From the NCBI GenBank assembly GCA_024704765.1, contig JAKMXF010000144.1, forward strand, positions 682,001 through 746,000: DNA of 64,000 bases, given 5' to 3'. Every line of letters begins with the position of its first letter. The first letter of the stretch is position 1. Source of the DNA: Oopsacas minuta. Taxonomy: Eukaryota > Animalia > Porifera. A program made the translations under genes and the position numbers. Below, in pieces: positions 1 to 12,322 of this stretch. The notes beneath the pieces were generated by a model that worked only from the letters and a program-made list of their open reading frames with translations, was not told where the DNA came from and searched no databases.

Positions 1-1
1 C

Positions 2-799
2 GCGGTGCAGAAGGGACAACTGATGGTATCTGACGTCATGAATGAGGTGATACAGAAACAGGGGAAGGGTGGGCCAACTCCAAACCCACAAGGTCCAGGT
101 GTTATGACCGTATCTGTAGCTGTACCAGCTGGTAAGTGTGGATTGGTTATCGGTAAGGGTGGTGAAAAAATCCGCGAATTACAGAGGCAATCAGGTGCAC
201 ACATTGAAATAAATAAAGCAACACAGAACAACCCTCATGAACGGTTATTCAACATCCGTGGTACTCAAGCTCAAATAAACCACTCTCAAGTGTTAATCCG
301 TCAAGTTGTAGAGAATAGTACTGGCGCTCAAACTACACAGTCCTACGCTCCAGTAACCTACCCTGCTAACCCTGCTCAATCAGCTGTGTATCCGTACCAG
401 TTACAAGGAGCTGGAGCAGCTGCTAACCCGTGGGCAGCATTCAATTTTTCCTATCCAGGTCAGCAAGCTGCAGCTCCTACACCAACAAGTACTGCTAATA
501 CTGCTGCAAATGCTGCTATGTCCCAGCAGATGAAAGAACAGCAATTATTATGGACTGCATACTACCAGCAGTACTACGCAGCAATGGCAGCAGCTCAACA
601 ACAGGGTGGTACACCTGGACAAGCAGGTGTACCACAGCCCGGTGCCACCCCTGCACAACAAGCCCAATCCGGTGCTCAACCAGGTGCAACAGCTGGAATA
701 CCACAAGACTTGCAAACTCAATGGGCAGATTACTTTAGACAACTCGGTTACCAATACCCTGTCCCTGGTCAACCCCAGCCTAAGGAGGGTAAGAATTAG
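2..799 (+). CDS. FUBP1: Far upstream element-binding protein (FUBP1/KHSRP family), 3' part; 5' end outside the window
   Basis: KH domain GLVIGKGGEKIRELQRQSGAHIEI with GxxG loop, then Q/A/P-rich tail with LWTAYYQQ and QWADYFRQLG Tyr-rich motifs typical of FUBP; frame open from the window edge. Paralog identity uncertain. Confidence 0.8.
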   Translation, partial: AVQKGQLMVSDVMNEVIQKQGKGGPTPNPQGPGVMTVSVAVPAGKCGLVIGKGGEKIRELQRQSGAHIEINKATQNNPHERLFNIRGTQAQINHSQVLIRQVVENSTGAQTTQSYAPVTYPANPAQSAVYPYQLQGAGAAANPWAAFNFSYPGQQAAAPTPTSTANTAANAAMSQQMKEQQLLWTAYYQQYYAAMAAAQQQGGTPGQAGVPQPGATPAQQAQSGAQPGATAGIPQDLQTQWADYFRQLGYQYPVPGQPQPKEGKN

Positions 800-984
800 C
801 TGACTAGTCTGTAGTTGTTACATCAGTCAGTGTAATGTGTAGTCCAGAATACTCTAGCTCACTAAGGATTACCCCCTTTGATATCTTAAGACAAGTAATA
901 GTCTAATATCTGTTCTGTTAGGATTCCTATGCTATTAATATTATAATGTTAAAGCAATGATTTTCTGTTAACAATTTTAACTTG

Positions 985-1136
985 ATCAACTCCCGGTATA
1001 TCGAACACCCTGAATTGTACAAATATGGTCTCAAAAGGTAAAAGTAACATATATATTATAGCTGTTATACCGAAATCCGCTTATATCTGAGTAATCATTG
1101 CGTTCCCTTAAGCTTCGATATAACAGGAGTTGAATG
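985..1136. mobile_element. Tc1/mariner(pogo)-like MITE, degenerate
   Basis: Imperfect TIRs CAACTCCCGGTATATCGAA ... TTCGATATAACAGGAGTTG, TA at right end; same family as 46520-46699. Confidence 0.55.
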
Positions 1137-1206
1137 TAATTGACAATCATATTTAACAAAGGGGGGTGGTTACTATTCTACTACTAATATTAATGATATT
1201 TTAGTT

Positions 1207-2259
1207 ATGTCAAAGCTCTCTAGAGCAGATTTTGACAAATTCTTAAAGAATTTCTGCTTCAAATGTTTTGAATTATTCCTACAATCTCGAGACGGTAACA
1301 AACAGCACACTCACTCAGCAGCTAACCCTCATATCCCATCCTGGTTTAACCTAGCTGTTGAGGGAGTAGAATCAATTAAAGATGAGATTAAATCATTCCC
1401 TAATCTCGTACCTACCTCAGATAAAGCAATTGGCTTAGAAGTATACGCTGATATGGATGATCAGAGATTGTCAATAGAAATATGGAGTATACACTTTCTA
1501 ACGGATATTATAGACTCGTCAGCAACAAATGTATACAATCATATTTCTATTCTCCTTAGATCTGTTCTCACCGCTACGCGTACTACTCCTTCGTATTCCC
1601 TCGCTAGGCAAGGCGACCAAACTAAAATCAGACACGCCTTCATAAAAGGAGACCCTGATTATTCAAGCCTGGGTCGTGATATGGTAGAGAAAGAGGTAGC
1701 ATTCACTTGTACCCCTTATGGCAAAATCCTAGTAAAGCTAGCTTACCGTACTTCCTTAATATTAACACAAGATATCTCTACACTCGATAGTTTCATTCAA
1801 AATGGATTGACAACTTTGCCAGAACGACCTTTCGACTCTGAGAATGAGGATAACATTAAGGGTGTATTTGGATACGAAGACACACCTCTACAACGATCTC
1901 TTAGTTTACAGCTACAAGGACCGTTCGCTGCTCTTGGAGAGCTACAACCTATGACATTAAATATACCTGATATTCCATTGGAAGAATCTATACTATCTAT
2001 ATCAAGTGGATTCTCAAATACAAACCGTAGTCCTAATGAAAAAACAGATTGTATATTGAATGAGGAAATTAAGCCAATGTTTTACGAAGATCCCACCGGA
2101 AATGCTCAAATGTATAATCTCATATTCAATCCTCCTCACTTTGAGTTTCACGATGCTGTTACTGTGGAGGATGCTATTGAATTTCTTAAGTATGAATTGC
2201 CTGATTTGGATAAGAAGATTGCTGATTTTAAGCAGTTAGCATTTCCTAAAAGCGTCTAA
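1207..2259 (+). CDS. ATG13: Autophagy-related protein 13 (HORMA domain), intronless
   Basis: N-terminus DFDKFLKNFCFKCFELFLQSR...WFNLAV...IEIWS...LLRSVLTATRTTPSYSLAR matches the ATG13 HORMA domain; C-terminal KPMF...FNPP motif. Confidence 0.88.
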   Translation: MSKLSRADFDKFLKNFCFKCFELFLQSRDGNKQHTHSAANPHIPSWFNLAVEGVESIKDEIKSFPNLVPTSDKAIGLEVYADMDDQRLSIEIWSIHFLTDIIDSSATNVYNHISILLRSVLTATRTTPSYSLARQGDQTKIRHAFIKGDPDYSSLGRDMVEKEVAFTCTPYGKILVKLAYRTSLILTQDISTLDSFIQNGLTTLPERPFDSENEDNIKGVFGYEDTPLQRSLSLQLQGPFAALGELQPMTLNIPDIPLEESILSISSGFSNTNRSPNEKTDCILNEEIKPMFYEDPTGNAQMYNLIFNPPHFEFHDAVTVEDAIEFLKYELPDLDKKIADFKQLAFPKSV

Positions 2260-3034
2260 ATAAATGCTGCATTTTATTATTTCCTGTTTTTGTTGTTAAT
2301 TATTGTCTAAATATATACATATAGTTTGCTTTAACCAGTATCTGAGATCCATTAAATCATTATTCAGATTCTATATCCTATTCCAATATATGTGTTTCAG
2401 AATTCCATTGCGTTAGCTTGGATAATTTTAGTATATTCAGTTATTTCCTTATAGAAAAACATACTGTAGTAGACATTACAGGCTTAATTGAAGTGATGGA
2501 AGTTAAAATTGGTTTGATGTATTAATATAAATATTCGTATTTTTTTAGACTCCAGTTAGGAAGACTCAAACTAAACTGGTCAAGTTAGATTGAAGAGATG
2601 AATGTCTCCTGTCTTCGTTATTTTTCATAATTAATTAGTTGTTGTTAATAGGAGGGGATTGTGGCACGCCAGTAAGCTTCAAATTACTGAACTATATATT
2701 TATATCACTGCATCAGCCCTAATCTGTTTAACCATCCTTTTATTAATTTTTGTAATTTCCTCTCTGGAGTGAGATATTCGTATTCGAACATAAATATATT
2801 TACTATGCAAAATACAAAGAAAGATACAGACATGAAATCTGAAGTAAAGATTATATTCAGGTAATAGTTTCATCTTCATTTTGCATTTTTCCTAGAAATA
2901 GATTTCCCGTATACATCATTCTAACTAATTATATTACGTAATATCTTATATTTGTTTACACTGGTTAATACGTATTTGAAATTTATACTTAAGAATTAAG
3001 AAATTAACGAGAATTTAATACACAGTTTACTCAC

Positions 3035-3134
3035 CAGCTTATATGTACTTCAGTCGTTTTTAACCTTTGATCAACTTCACGTTTAATAACATTCTTCAAA
3101 TCTCTCACTTTTCCTCTCTTCAATAATTTTACAT
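3035..3134 (-). CDS. SNRNP25: SNRNP25 (U11/U12 snRNP 25 kDa) exon 2, not in the ORF track
   Basis: Minus strand TTTTAG|AT GTA AAA...ATA AGC TG|GTGAGT; encodes (N)VKLLKRGKVRDLKNVIKREVDQRLKTTEVHISW, continuing exon 1 in phase and matching the SNRNP25 ...LDLKKAIQRYV...HISW motif. Confidence 0.75.
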
Positions 3135-3813
3135 CTAAAAATAGAGTTTATTTAAATATGTAACAATAAGTGGTAGAACAATTACCGTCTCTGAATTTAA
3201 TGCTATCGTAAAATGGCAAACTTAATTGCTATACATTATGTAATTGGTTGTGTAGTATATATTTCTTCCATTATTTAACAAGTTTTTAACAATAATGGCG
3301 CTACATGATAATGAACACACATTGAATAAGTCAGATAATAATTATGATCAGGGAGCAAGCCTAGCATGTATTGGCGGCAATGTCACAACGAATTATCCAT
3401 GTAAACACATTAATAGTAGAAATGGAATGTTATTATTATGTAGAAACATGTGTATGCCTTACCAAATATCCACCTACGACTTTACTATCTGATACCAGAT
3501 ACAAGTCAACTGTAATGAGTATCATTTACAATATATGTGAAATATTTAAATGTGTAGCTTGTAGACTAAAATCTCTGAATTTTATGGAAAGTTATTTGGA
3601 GTTGTCTGTAAGAGATATTGATAGCTTAATGTAGAAATATTTAGGCTTATACATGTTACAGATAAGATATCAGGTGACATGCCAAAGTCAATCATACTAG
3701 CAATCAAAATCTTATTCCTAATACTATCACTTTTTTCAGTTTATTCAATTGTTCTTATGAAATATTATTCATCTCCTTCCTACTATTAAGGTTAGTTGTT
3801 GTTGCCTGTATTA

Positions 3814-3938
3814 CAGTGCCACACCGATAATCCGAGCATGCCCCCGGGTCCCAGTTCCCATTCCACTATGCATTAACGACCTCAATTATACTAATTGTTG
3901 ATCATCCCGGACGAGTTCGGATAATCAAGGTTGCACTG
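3814..3938. mobile_element. TA-flanked pogo-like MITE (a second partial copy follows at ~3948-4110)
   Basis: TA|CAGTGCCACACCGATAATCCGAG ... TTCGGATAATCAAGGTTGCACTG|TA imperfect TIRs. Confidence 0.55.
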
Positions 3939-5338
3939 TATACTATACAGTCAACTCTGTAATAACCGAGAACGGATGTAGATCCTAGATCCTAGGTCTC
4001 AAGAACCTCTCTAAACTATTCAGTTAATGATCTAGATAATCGCTTATAACGAACTCAGCTTATTTCGAAGTACCGGTGGACGCAAAATCGACGTAGTTGA
4101 GTTTTTGAAAATCTTTAATATAGGTATGGCTATTACCATATTTGATGTGTTTGACACTCTACCCTTTGTAGCCGTTTAGAGCAAGCCTGTATGTATATTT
4201 TGAAATTTGGATAATTTGTTTACTTTATTCATAAAAACAACAATAAATTTACATAACTCGAAAATGCCAAATTCGGATTCTGCATGTTCGATATGATTAG
4301 TGAAGTTTTATTGAATGTCTCCCATGAAATTATGATCAATAATCAAGTACGTAATACTATGTTTAAGCAAAATTTATCTTTCCTTGACAACGAACAAACA
4401 GACAGACAAGCAACAATTCCACAATTTAATAATATTGATTGTTTGGTTACTTATTGTGTAAAAGGAAACAAGTATAAATAATCTATAATGAGAAATATTT
4501 TTCTATTACAAATGTGGTTTATAATATATATATATCATCCATACATCTAATACCTGTGTAATTGAATTCATTCAATACTTCTCCATGTGACCATGCCTTC
4601 AAACAATAGTTAATGATTTACAAAAGTACTTGCATAGATCTCAATTATGTGTGAGTGAATAGTGTATCACTACATATGTACTCTACGTACTTGAGATTCG
4701 ATTTTCTATTATTATGTATAAATATGCAGCATTTGAATGTTATTAAGTTACAATTATTCCTTTGATATTTTTAAGTGTCTAAAACTGACTGATCATGATA
4801 TACAACACATATGGTAATTATTCATTTTTATTTTATTGTTGTTGTTTCCCGATTTTCACGGAGTGATAGAGTGATAATTATTAAAATTATAATTTTAATA
4901 AATAAATATTAAATTTGCTTCAAAGACAACTAGTCATCTCCGGAATCAACTTTACCATTCCTTTTACCATTTACGATAAATATAAAATTTGGGAATCTCG
5001 TACACCGTAGGAACTCATAATATGACACGTCGTCCGTAAAAATTGCCTTCCCTTGTGATATAATAACGAGGTAGTACTGTGATTAGCCTTTTTACTTCAA
5101 ATTATAAACGTTTAGTGAGCATTTATTTGCATATCATATCAGAGACTTGACTTGCTAGTATCCTAATATATTTACTAAACCACTACTCAGCATACTAACT
5201 CTGTCTCGAAAATAATTTCCGTCGTGTTTCAAGCTATATGTGTATATATATATCTACATGGAGCTAGAATTTGACCTAGTTGCGAATAAACTGATATAGT
5301 TATAATCTCAGTTTTCATCGGTACGATTTCATTTAGTT

Positions 5339-7132
5339 ATGTCTGACTCAGGGTTGCCCCAGTCTCCAGCAAGCATGGGCCTGCAACAGGAACCTGTTGA
5401 TCTTAACAGATGGAGCGAGGAGGCGGACATCCTCTTGGAGTGTACAAGTCTCACATTAAATAACTCAAAAGAACTCCTCCAAGAAATAAAAGAATCACCA
5501 TTCGAAAATACAATCTACAATATTCTAACAGAACTCTTTGACGAAAGTGAGAATGTAACTAATTTGATGGAGACAACACATGATAGTACAGGTATTACAG
5601 CTAACATGAGGAAGATGGAAGATATATTAGAACGGGAGCATATTACTGGTGGGGATGATGATACCACTATTTGTATGCAGTTTGATGAGGAAGAGATTAG
5701 TTCTACAACTCAACATGCGTATAAGGCAAAACTGTCCCAAATCAAACAAGTGAGGATATTTGTATTTAACAATTGATCTTATACTCTACTTGATTACTTT
5801 AGAAATTCTTATTTGATGCCATTTCTGACAGTAAATATATTAAATTCTTACAATTTATCTCAACAGCTGTACGACTCAGAACATCAGAAGCTAGACACTC
5901 TATGCAAAGAGTATGAGGAAGGAATGATGAGAGTATTCAGAGATCACCCCGAATGCATTCCAATTTCACAAGATAAAGTCGATACGATTATTCAGGGTTC
6001 TATGGAGCGATCTCAGTTCATTCATCTAGAACTGAAAACGAACGTAGCGGAAGCAGTACTAAGTGTAAAGAAAGGGATGTTAGAGAATAGAAACTCTAAA
6101 CGGAGAAAGAGGAATTTCAGTAAACAAGCTACAGAGATTCTTAATGAGTACTTCTACTCAAATATTGATAACCCTTACCCCTGTGATAAGATTAAGTCAG
6201 AACTCGCAGCACAGTGTAGTATCAACCTAGCACAGGTAACTACCATCATAAATAATTTGTGTATTAACTCAAATTCTAAATCCGAAATATGTGAAATATT
6301 CTAATTGTGAAATTCTCTAATATTACACTTAATTGTTAAATATTCTTTGTTAGTGGGAACTCAACTGTGTCTTACACATATTTATTTCTCATAAAATGCT
6401 ATTTCATTCAACAAATTTAAAGCTTTGCAATTATTCGGATTTGAATTTCTCATAACAAAATAATTGAATATCACAAGATTTGTGTTGTGTTAACATATTT
6501 GGTTAAGCCTTTATAACTCCCCAAGCATGTCCTACTATAAAGCAGATGTATATTGCATCTCACATCTAAGTGTTCTTGATAAAACTTGTAGCTCTTTGTT
6601 TGTAAATATGATTATACAAGCAATTTGTACAATCGTATTCCTATGAATACAAACCACTAAATTCTTTTACAACAATTTATACCAATTGAATATCGGCGAA
6701 AATTCTCATTCGCCTTTATTCAGAGCTCTTTTCAGCTCTTACACAATAATGAATATCTAATTAATAAGTTATAGAGTACACTGACCACGAAACAGATAAA
6801 TACTTGATTATTGATATTATTGCGTATATTTCACATTTATGATAGACATGTTAAAATCTAACTATCTAGTACAATCGTGCATTAAGCGTTGTAGATCGTA
6901 GGCTCAACATAAAACTGTGTATTTGGATAAATCAAAGTAATAATGTCGTATATTCCTGTAGGTCAATAACTGGTTTGGAAATAAGCGAATAAGATACAAA
7001 CGTAACATTGGTAAGGAGAACAATGGAGATTCAGAAAACAAGTCTTCAGCAACTTGTGATTCAGGTATAGGGCTTAATGAAGATGTATCATCCTCAGAAG
7101 ATGAGCTGGATTATGCAGAAGCTACAAAATAA
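5339..7132 (+). CDS. PBX: PBX-class TALE homeobox transcription factor, 3 exons (5339-5749, 5867-6235, 6962-7132)
   Basis: PBC region YKAKLSQIKQ|LYDSE, homeodomain RRKRNFSKQATEILNEYFYSNIDNPYP...LAQ|VNNWFGNKRIRYKRNIGK; GT-AG phase-0 introns keep the frame. Confidence 0.9.
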
Positions 7133-7458
7133 TTGCCCTCTCAACATTTACATGAACACATCAGCTCACCCGATGTCTCATACTATATGTATTGTATAAG
7201 TTAACTGTATTTGCTGTGTGCGTTATGTCTGTTGTATTGTTTTATTGCCCTTCAATGTGTTTTCATGTATTAGCCTCAGTTTTTTTTGTAAACTATCGCA
7301 TCTGGAACTCCCTTAGCCATTCTAGCTATGCTTTTATTAATTAATCTTATATGTTATATTAATGACAAAATACATGTAATGACTAGTCGAATTCTCAATT
7401 TCGAAGGTAACATTCCTGTATTTCATCGCAGTACACGTTTAGAAATATTTTCTCTACT

Positions 7459-10200
7459 TCATGCCCATTCGAAGAATCCACACCATCTACCATTTTTTTT
7501 CGGACATCCGTAATATTTTCTACCTTTGTTACTTCCCTCTTTACATGTCATTAACTTGCTTAATTGTCCACATTCACATAATAACAATTTTGCAGTGTCA
7601 ATTTGTGACGTAATCAAATTGTTACTTATCATAATTTGTTCTTCATGTGCCCATTTGAAAAACCTACAATCTCCTCCTATTGGTTTAGGGCAGCTATAAA
7701 AATCTTTTCCTTTATTAAAACCATCTTTCGATACAGTTCTAAGTTTAGCTAATCTCCCGCATTTGCATTTTATTCCTTTAGGGTTGTCGCTAATTGACTT
7801 ATTGTTTTTAAAATATTGTATTGAGAGAGTTGGACCATCATCCTCCCATTGAAAGAATTCACATGCATTTCCTTTCTGTTTCGTACAGTTATAGAATTGT
7901 CGTCCTTTGTTTAGATTATCTTTATCAACTGTTCTCAGCTTGGCTGGATAATTACAATGACATAAGACTAAATCTCGTCTGCTTGAAAAACTGGTAGGTA
8001 TTTTCTCCATAAAATAACCTCCTTCTTGTACTTCAAATGTTTTATCCCAAACAAAGTACTCACATGAACTTGTATTACAAGTGTAGAACTTCTTGCCAGT
8101 ATTTGGCCCTGCTTTTCTAACCGTCAATAAGATAGAAGGGATTCCACAATAGCATAATTCAAGGTTATTATCATTCTCTACTGCTGTCATAGGAATTTGT
8201 GTGGATTGTATGTATGGATGCTGATTCATTCTTGAATGTCTTATTCGTGTTGATGAACTCTTTTGTTTACTGGGAGTTGTATAGGAACATTTGTGAGGCA
8301 AATGTTTAGGCTGTGTTTTTATGCTATCCCAATAGTAATGATCTCTTTCATGAGGATATTCTATACGTAATTGTTTTGGAGGGCCAAAATAATTGGAAAG
8401 AGATTCATCAATCAAGATAGCATGTGAACTGATTTCTGTGAAAACTTGTTTGTATCGATGAACCATGAAATTTATTACTTCATTTTTTTCTTTCTTACCC
8501 ACACATATGTCTGTCAGGTCTCTCTCCAATTCAGCTCTGAGGTCTGAATTGGCCAGATTGTGTCCGATTTTAGTGTACCCCTCAACCAGACCTCTGCCTA
8601 GTTTGCTGGGCAAAAGGGTACCATCCAGTTGTACATCAACATATCCTCTCATCTTGATCCTCTCGATGTGATCTGAGTGAGTAGCATCTGTACCAATTCC
8701 ATGTTCATCCATTAGCTGTATCAGGTCTGCTTCTGTCAGGTAGGAGGGAGGAGTTGTCTCACATTCTATCATCTCGATACACCCCTCTATCTGAATACGC
8801 TCCCCTTGTGTGAAGTGAGGTATTCTACGATCACACCACTCATCATACGGATACACATCAAGATAGTTTCTAGCTGTGATTATCAAGCCAGAAGCAGAAA
8901 ATGACTCTTTATTGACTAATATCTCAACTGTTGTCTCAGAGGTTTGTGCATCTTTGTGACAACAAGCCAGGAAGTGACGTGCAATAAACTCATACACTTT
9001 CCTCTCATTTCCTTGTAGACTGGAGGTGTGTTTAATTGGGTAGATAGGAGGATGAGCTTGATCTGATTTTTGTCCCTCACTTGGAGTAGGAGAGTCTCTT
9101 AGAATGTGTCTAGCTGTATCTCCCCATTGCTCAGCTCGTGTCTGTTCCTCTACTAATGGCACCAGGTTGAAGCTGGGAGGGAAGAAGTTGGTCTCTGTTC
9201 TTGGGTAACTAATCAGTCCTTGTGTGTAGAGTTTCTCAGCTATCATCATAACTTGTTTAGCACTCATGTCTAGTTTCCTGGAAGCTTTCTTCTCCAACTC
9301 TACAGTGTTTAAGGGCAGAGGTCTTGGTTCACTCTTACTCTTGGATACAACTCTATACACAATCGCTACTGACTGTTGGTTACAACCTCTTTGAGATTGT
9401 TCTGTCTCAGTACGATCCTGAATTCCCCCACGAGACCAGAAGAAGTTCACTTGAGTGTCTCCCCTCTCCACTACTGTCCTCAGTTTGTAGAACTTTTTAG
9501 GCACGAAGTGTTCCACCTGTTTACACCTATCCACCACAAATCCTAGTGTCGGGAACTGACAGGGTCCGTAGCTAACCACGTGGTTTGTTGGGAAATGATA
9601 CGGGAATACTTTCTGTAATCGAAGAGATAGGAATCTGGTGAAAGCTGCTCCTATCCTAAGATCCAACTCTTTCCTACAGTCTACAGCTGCAACTAATCTC
9701 TCGTTTATCATTTCCATCTGATTAATAGCTGTGTGAATGGATGCATAAGTTATCTCTGAGAATCTAGCTCTGTATATCTTGATACTGGGATTAGCGATGA
9801 GGCAGATATGTCTTATTTCAGATGCTATATACTCTCCTTCTCTATCACAATCTGTCCACAGTACTAGCATTTCATTCTCCTTAGCTTCTCTCACAATCGT
9901 GTTTACAATGGGCTTAGAGTCTTCAGGACAGTAGTCTTCTATTGGAGCTGTAAATAAACTGACAGGAGGATGTTTCTCCCAACTTTTGAACTCCAGACTA
10001 AAATCAATTGTCATGATGTGACCAGACACTGACGCCATTGTTATATCTGCATCATTGTTTAGCATTTTACAGGAGAATCCATAGATTTTGTTCAGTTTTG
10101 AGAGTCCTTCTCTCCTGGTGTATTTATTATTTGACATAATACGACTAATCTCTTTTGCTGTGTCATTCTTCTCTGCCACGAATAATACTTTAAGACTCAT
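7459..10200 (-). CDS. TOP3A: DNA topoisomerase III alpha-like, copy A (913 aa, 4 C-terminal GRF zinc fingers)
   Basis: TOPRIM VAEKN and WTDCDREGE, catalytic GLISYPRTET, GIGTDAT motif; CxC...GRxFYxC...CxFFxW repeats. Confidence 0.9.
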   Translation of the reverse strand: MSLKVLFVAEKNDTAKEISRIMSNNKYTRREGLSKLNKIYGFSCKMLNNDADITMASVSGHIMTIDFSLEFKSWEKHPPVSLFTAPIEDYCPEDSKPIVNTIVREAKENEMLVLWTDCDREGEYIASEIRHICLIANPSIKIYRARFSEITYASIHTAINQMEMINERLVAAVDCRKELDLRIGAAFTRFLSLRLQKVFPYHFPTNHVVSYGPCQFPTLGFVVDRCKQVEHFVPKKFYKLRTVVERGDTQVNFFWSRGGIQDRTETEQSQRGCNQQSVAIVYRVVSKSKSEPRPLPLNTVELEKKASRKLDMSAKQVMMIAEKLYTQGLISYPRTETNFFPPSFNLVPLVEEQTRAEQWGDTARHILRDSPTPSEGQKSDQAHPPIYPIKHTSSLQGNERKVYEFIARHFLACCHKDAQTSETTVEILVNKESFSASGLIITARNYLDVYPYDEWCDRRIPHFTQGERIQIEGCIEMIECETTPPSYLTEADLIQLMDEHGIGTDATHSDHIERIKMRGYVDVQLDGTLLPSKLGRGLVEGYTKIGHNLANSDLRAELERDLTDICVGKKEKNEVINFMVHRYKQVFTEISSHAILIDESLSNYFGPPKQLRIEYPHERDHYYWDSIKTQPKHLPHKCSYTTPSKQKSSSTRIRHSRMNQHPYIQSTQIPMTAVENDNNLELCYCGIPSILLTVRKAGPNTGKKFYTCNTSSCEYFVWDKTFEVQEGGYFMEKIPTSFSSRRDLVLCHCNYPAKLRTVDKDNLNKGRQFYNCTKQKGNACEFFQWEDDGPTLSIQYFKNNKSISDNPKGIKCKCGRLAKLRTVSKDGFNKGKDFYSCPKPIGGDCRFFKWAHEEQIMISNNLITSQIDTAKLLLCECGQLSKLMTCKEGSNKGRKYYGCPKKNGRWCGFFEWA

Positions 10201-12322
10201 TTTAATTGCAAATTTGTACCTGCACAGTGTTATATTGGGTTAATTTATACATAATTATTGCACGAGTTCTATGATTCCATATAGCTCCACCCACAAGCCA
10301 TTGTTATAGCTCCAGATCAAATTTCAGTTTGGTGCAATATGTGCAGCATTACAACCTAGGTTATTGATAACACTAATAAGGTATTTCTAAACAGTTAGTC
10401 GTAGCTATCGTTAATTATTTCCCTCATAACAGTTACAAAATATTTATAGCACCGCTTAAAAAATGAGTCTTAAAGTATTATTCGTGGCAGAGAAGAATGA
10501 CACAGCAAAAGAGATTAGTCGTATTATGTCAAATAATAAATACACCAGGAGAGAAGGACTCTCAAAACTGAACAAAATCTATGGATTCTCCTGTAAAATG
10601 CTAAACAATGATGCAGATATAACAATGGCGTCAGTGTCTGGTCACATCATGACAATTGATTTTAGTCTGGAGTTCAAAAGTTGGGAGAAACATCCTCCTG
10701 TCAGTTTATTTACAGCTCCAATAGAAGACTACTGTCCTGAAGACTCTAAGCCCATTGTAAACACGATTGTGAGAGAAGCTAAGGAGAATGAAATGCTAGT
10801 ACTGTGGACAGATTGTGATAGAGAAGGAGAGTATATAGCATCTGAAATAAGACATATCTGCCTCATCGCTAATCCCAGTATCAAGATATACAGAGCTAGA
10901 TTCTCAGAGATAACTTATGCATCCATTCACACAGCTATTAATCAGATGGAAATGATAAACGAGAGATTAGTTGCAGCTGTAGACTGTAGGAAAGAGTTGG
11001 ATCTTAGGATAGGAGCAGCTTTCACCAGATTCCTATCTCTTCGATTACAGAAAGTATTCCCGTATCATTTCCCAACAAACCACGTGGTTAGCTACGGACC
11101 CTGTCAGTTCCCGACACTAGGATTTGTGGTGGATAGGTGTAAACAGGTGGAACACTTCGTGCCTAAAAAGTTCTACAAACTGAGGACAGTAGTGGAGAGG
11201 GGAGACACTCAAGTGAACTTCTTCTGGTCTCGTGGGGGAATTCAGGATCGTACTGAGACAGAACAATCTCAAAGAGGTTGTAACCAACAGTCAGTAGCGA
11301 TTGTGTATAGAGTTGTATCCAAGAGTAAGAGTGAACCAAGACCTCTGCCCTTAAACACTGTAGAGTTGGAGAAGAAAGCTTCCAGGAAACTAGACATGAG
11401 TGCTAAACAAGTTATGATGATAGCTGAGAAACTCTACACACAAGGACTGATTAGTTACCCAAGAACAGAGACCAACTTCTTCCCTCCCAGCTTCAACCTG
11501 GTGCCATTAGTAGAGGAACAGACACGAGCTGAGCAATGGGGAGATACAGCTAGACACATTCTAAGAGACTCTCCTACTCCAAGTGAGGGACAAAAATCAG
11601 ATCAAGCTCATCCTCCTATCTACCCAATTAAACACACCTCCAGTCTACAAGGAAATGAGAGGAAAGTGTATGAGTTTATTGCACGTCACTTCCTGGCTTG
11701 TTGTCACAAAGATGCACAAACCTCTGAGACAACAGTTGAGATATTAGTCAATAAAGAGTCATTTTCTGCTTCTGGCTTGATAATCACAGCTAGAAACTAT
11801 CTTGATGTGTATCCGTATGATGAGTGGTGTGATCGTAGAATACCTCACTTCACACAAGGGGAGCGTATTCAGATAGAGGGGTGTATCGAGATGATAGAAT
11901 GTGAGACAACTCCTCCCTCCTACCTGACAGAAGCAGACCTGATACAGCTAATGGATGAACATGGAATTGGTACAGATGCTACTCACTCAGATCACATCGA
12001 GAGGATCAAGATGAGAGGATATGTTGATGTACAACTGGATGGTACCCTTTTGCCCAGCAAACTAGGCAGAGGTCTGGTTGAGGGGTACACTAAAATCGGA
12101 CACAATCTGGCCAATTCAGACCTCAGAGCTGAATTGGAGAGAGACCTGACAGACATATGTGTGGGTAAGAAAGAAAAAAATGAAGTAATAAATTTCATGG
12201 TTCATCGATACAAACAAGTTTTCACAGAAATCAGTTCACATGCTATCTTGATTGATGAATCTCTTTCCAATTATTTTGGCCCTCCAAAACAATTACATAT
12301 AGAATATCCTCATGAAAGAGAT
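8341..12322. repeat. Long inverted repeat: arms 8341-10200 and 10463-12322 (1,860 bp each), 262-bp spacer
   Basis: First 620 aa of the two translations are identical except R/H at ~612; nucleotide spot checks are exact reverse complements; identity starts at the ATG and stops after GAAAGAGAT. Confidence 0.92.

Noticed and set aside
8465-12198. Two identical 68-aa ORFs (8465-8671 +, 11992-12198 -)
   Set aside because: They are antisense shadows of the duplicated TOP3A core, not independent genes.
8341-12322. Long inverted repeats read as transposon TIRs
   Set aside because: The arms are entirely TOP3A coding sequence and enclose only 262 bp with no transposase or TSD.
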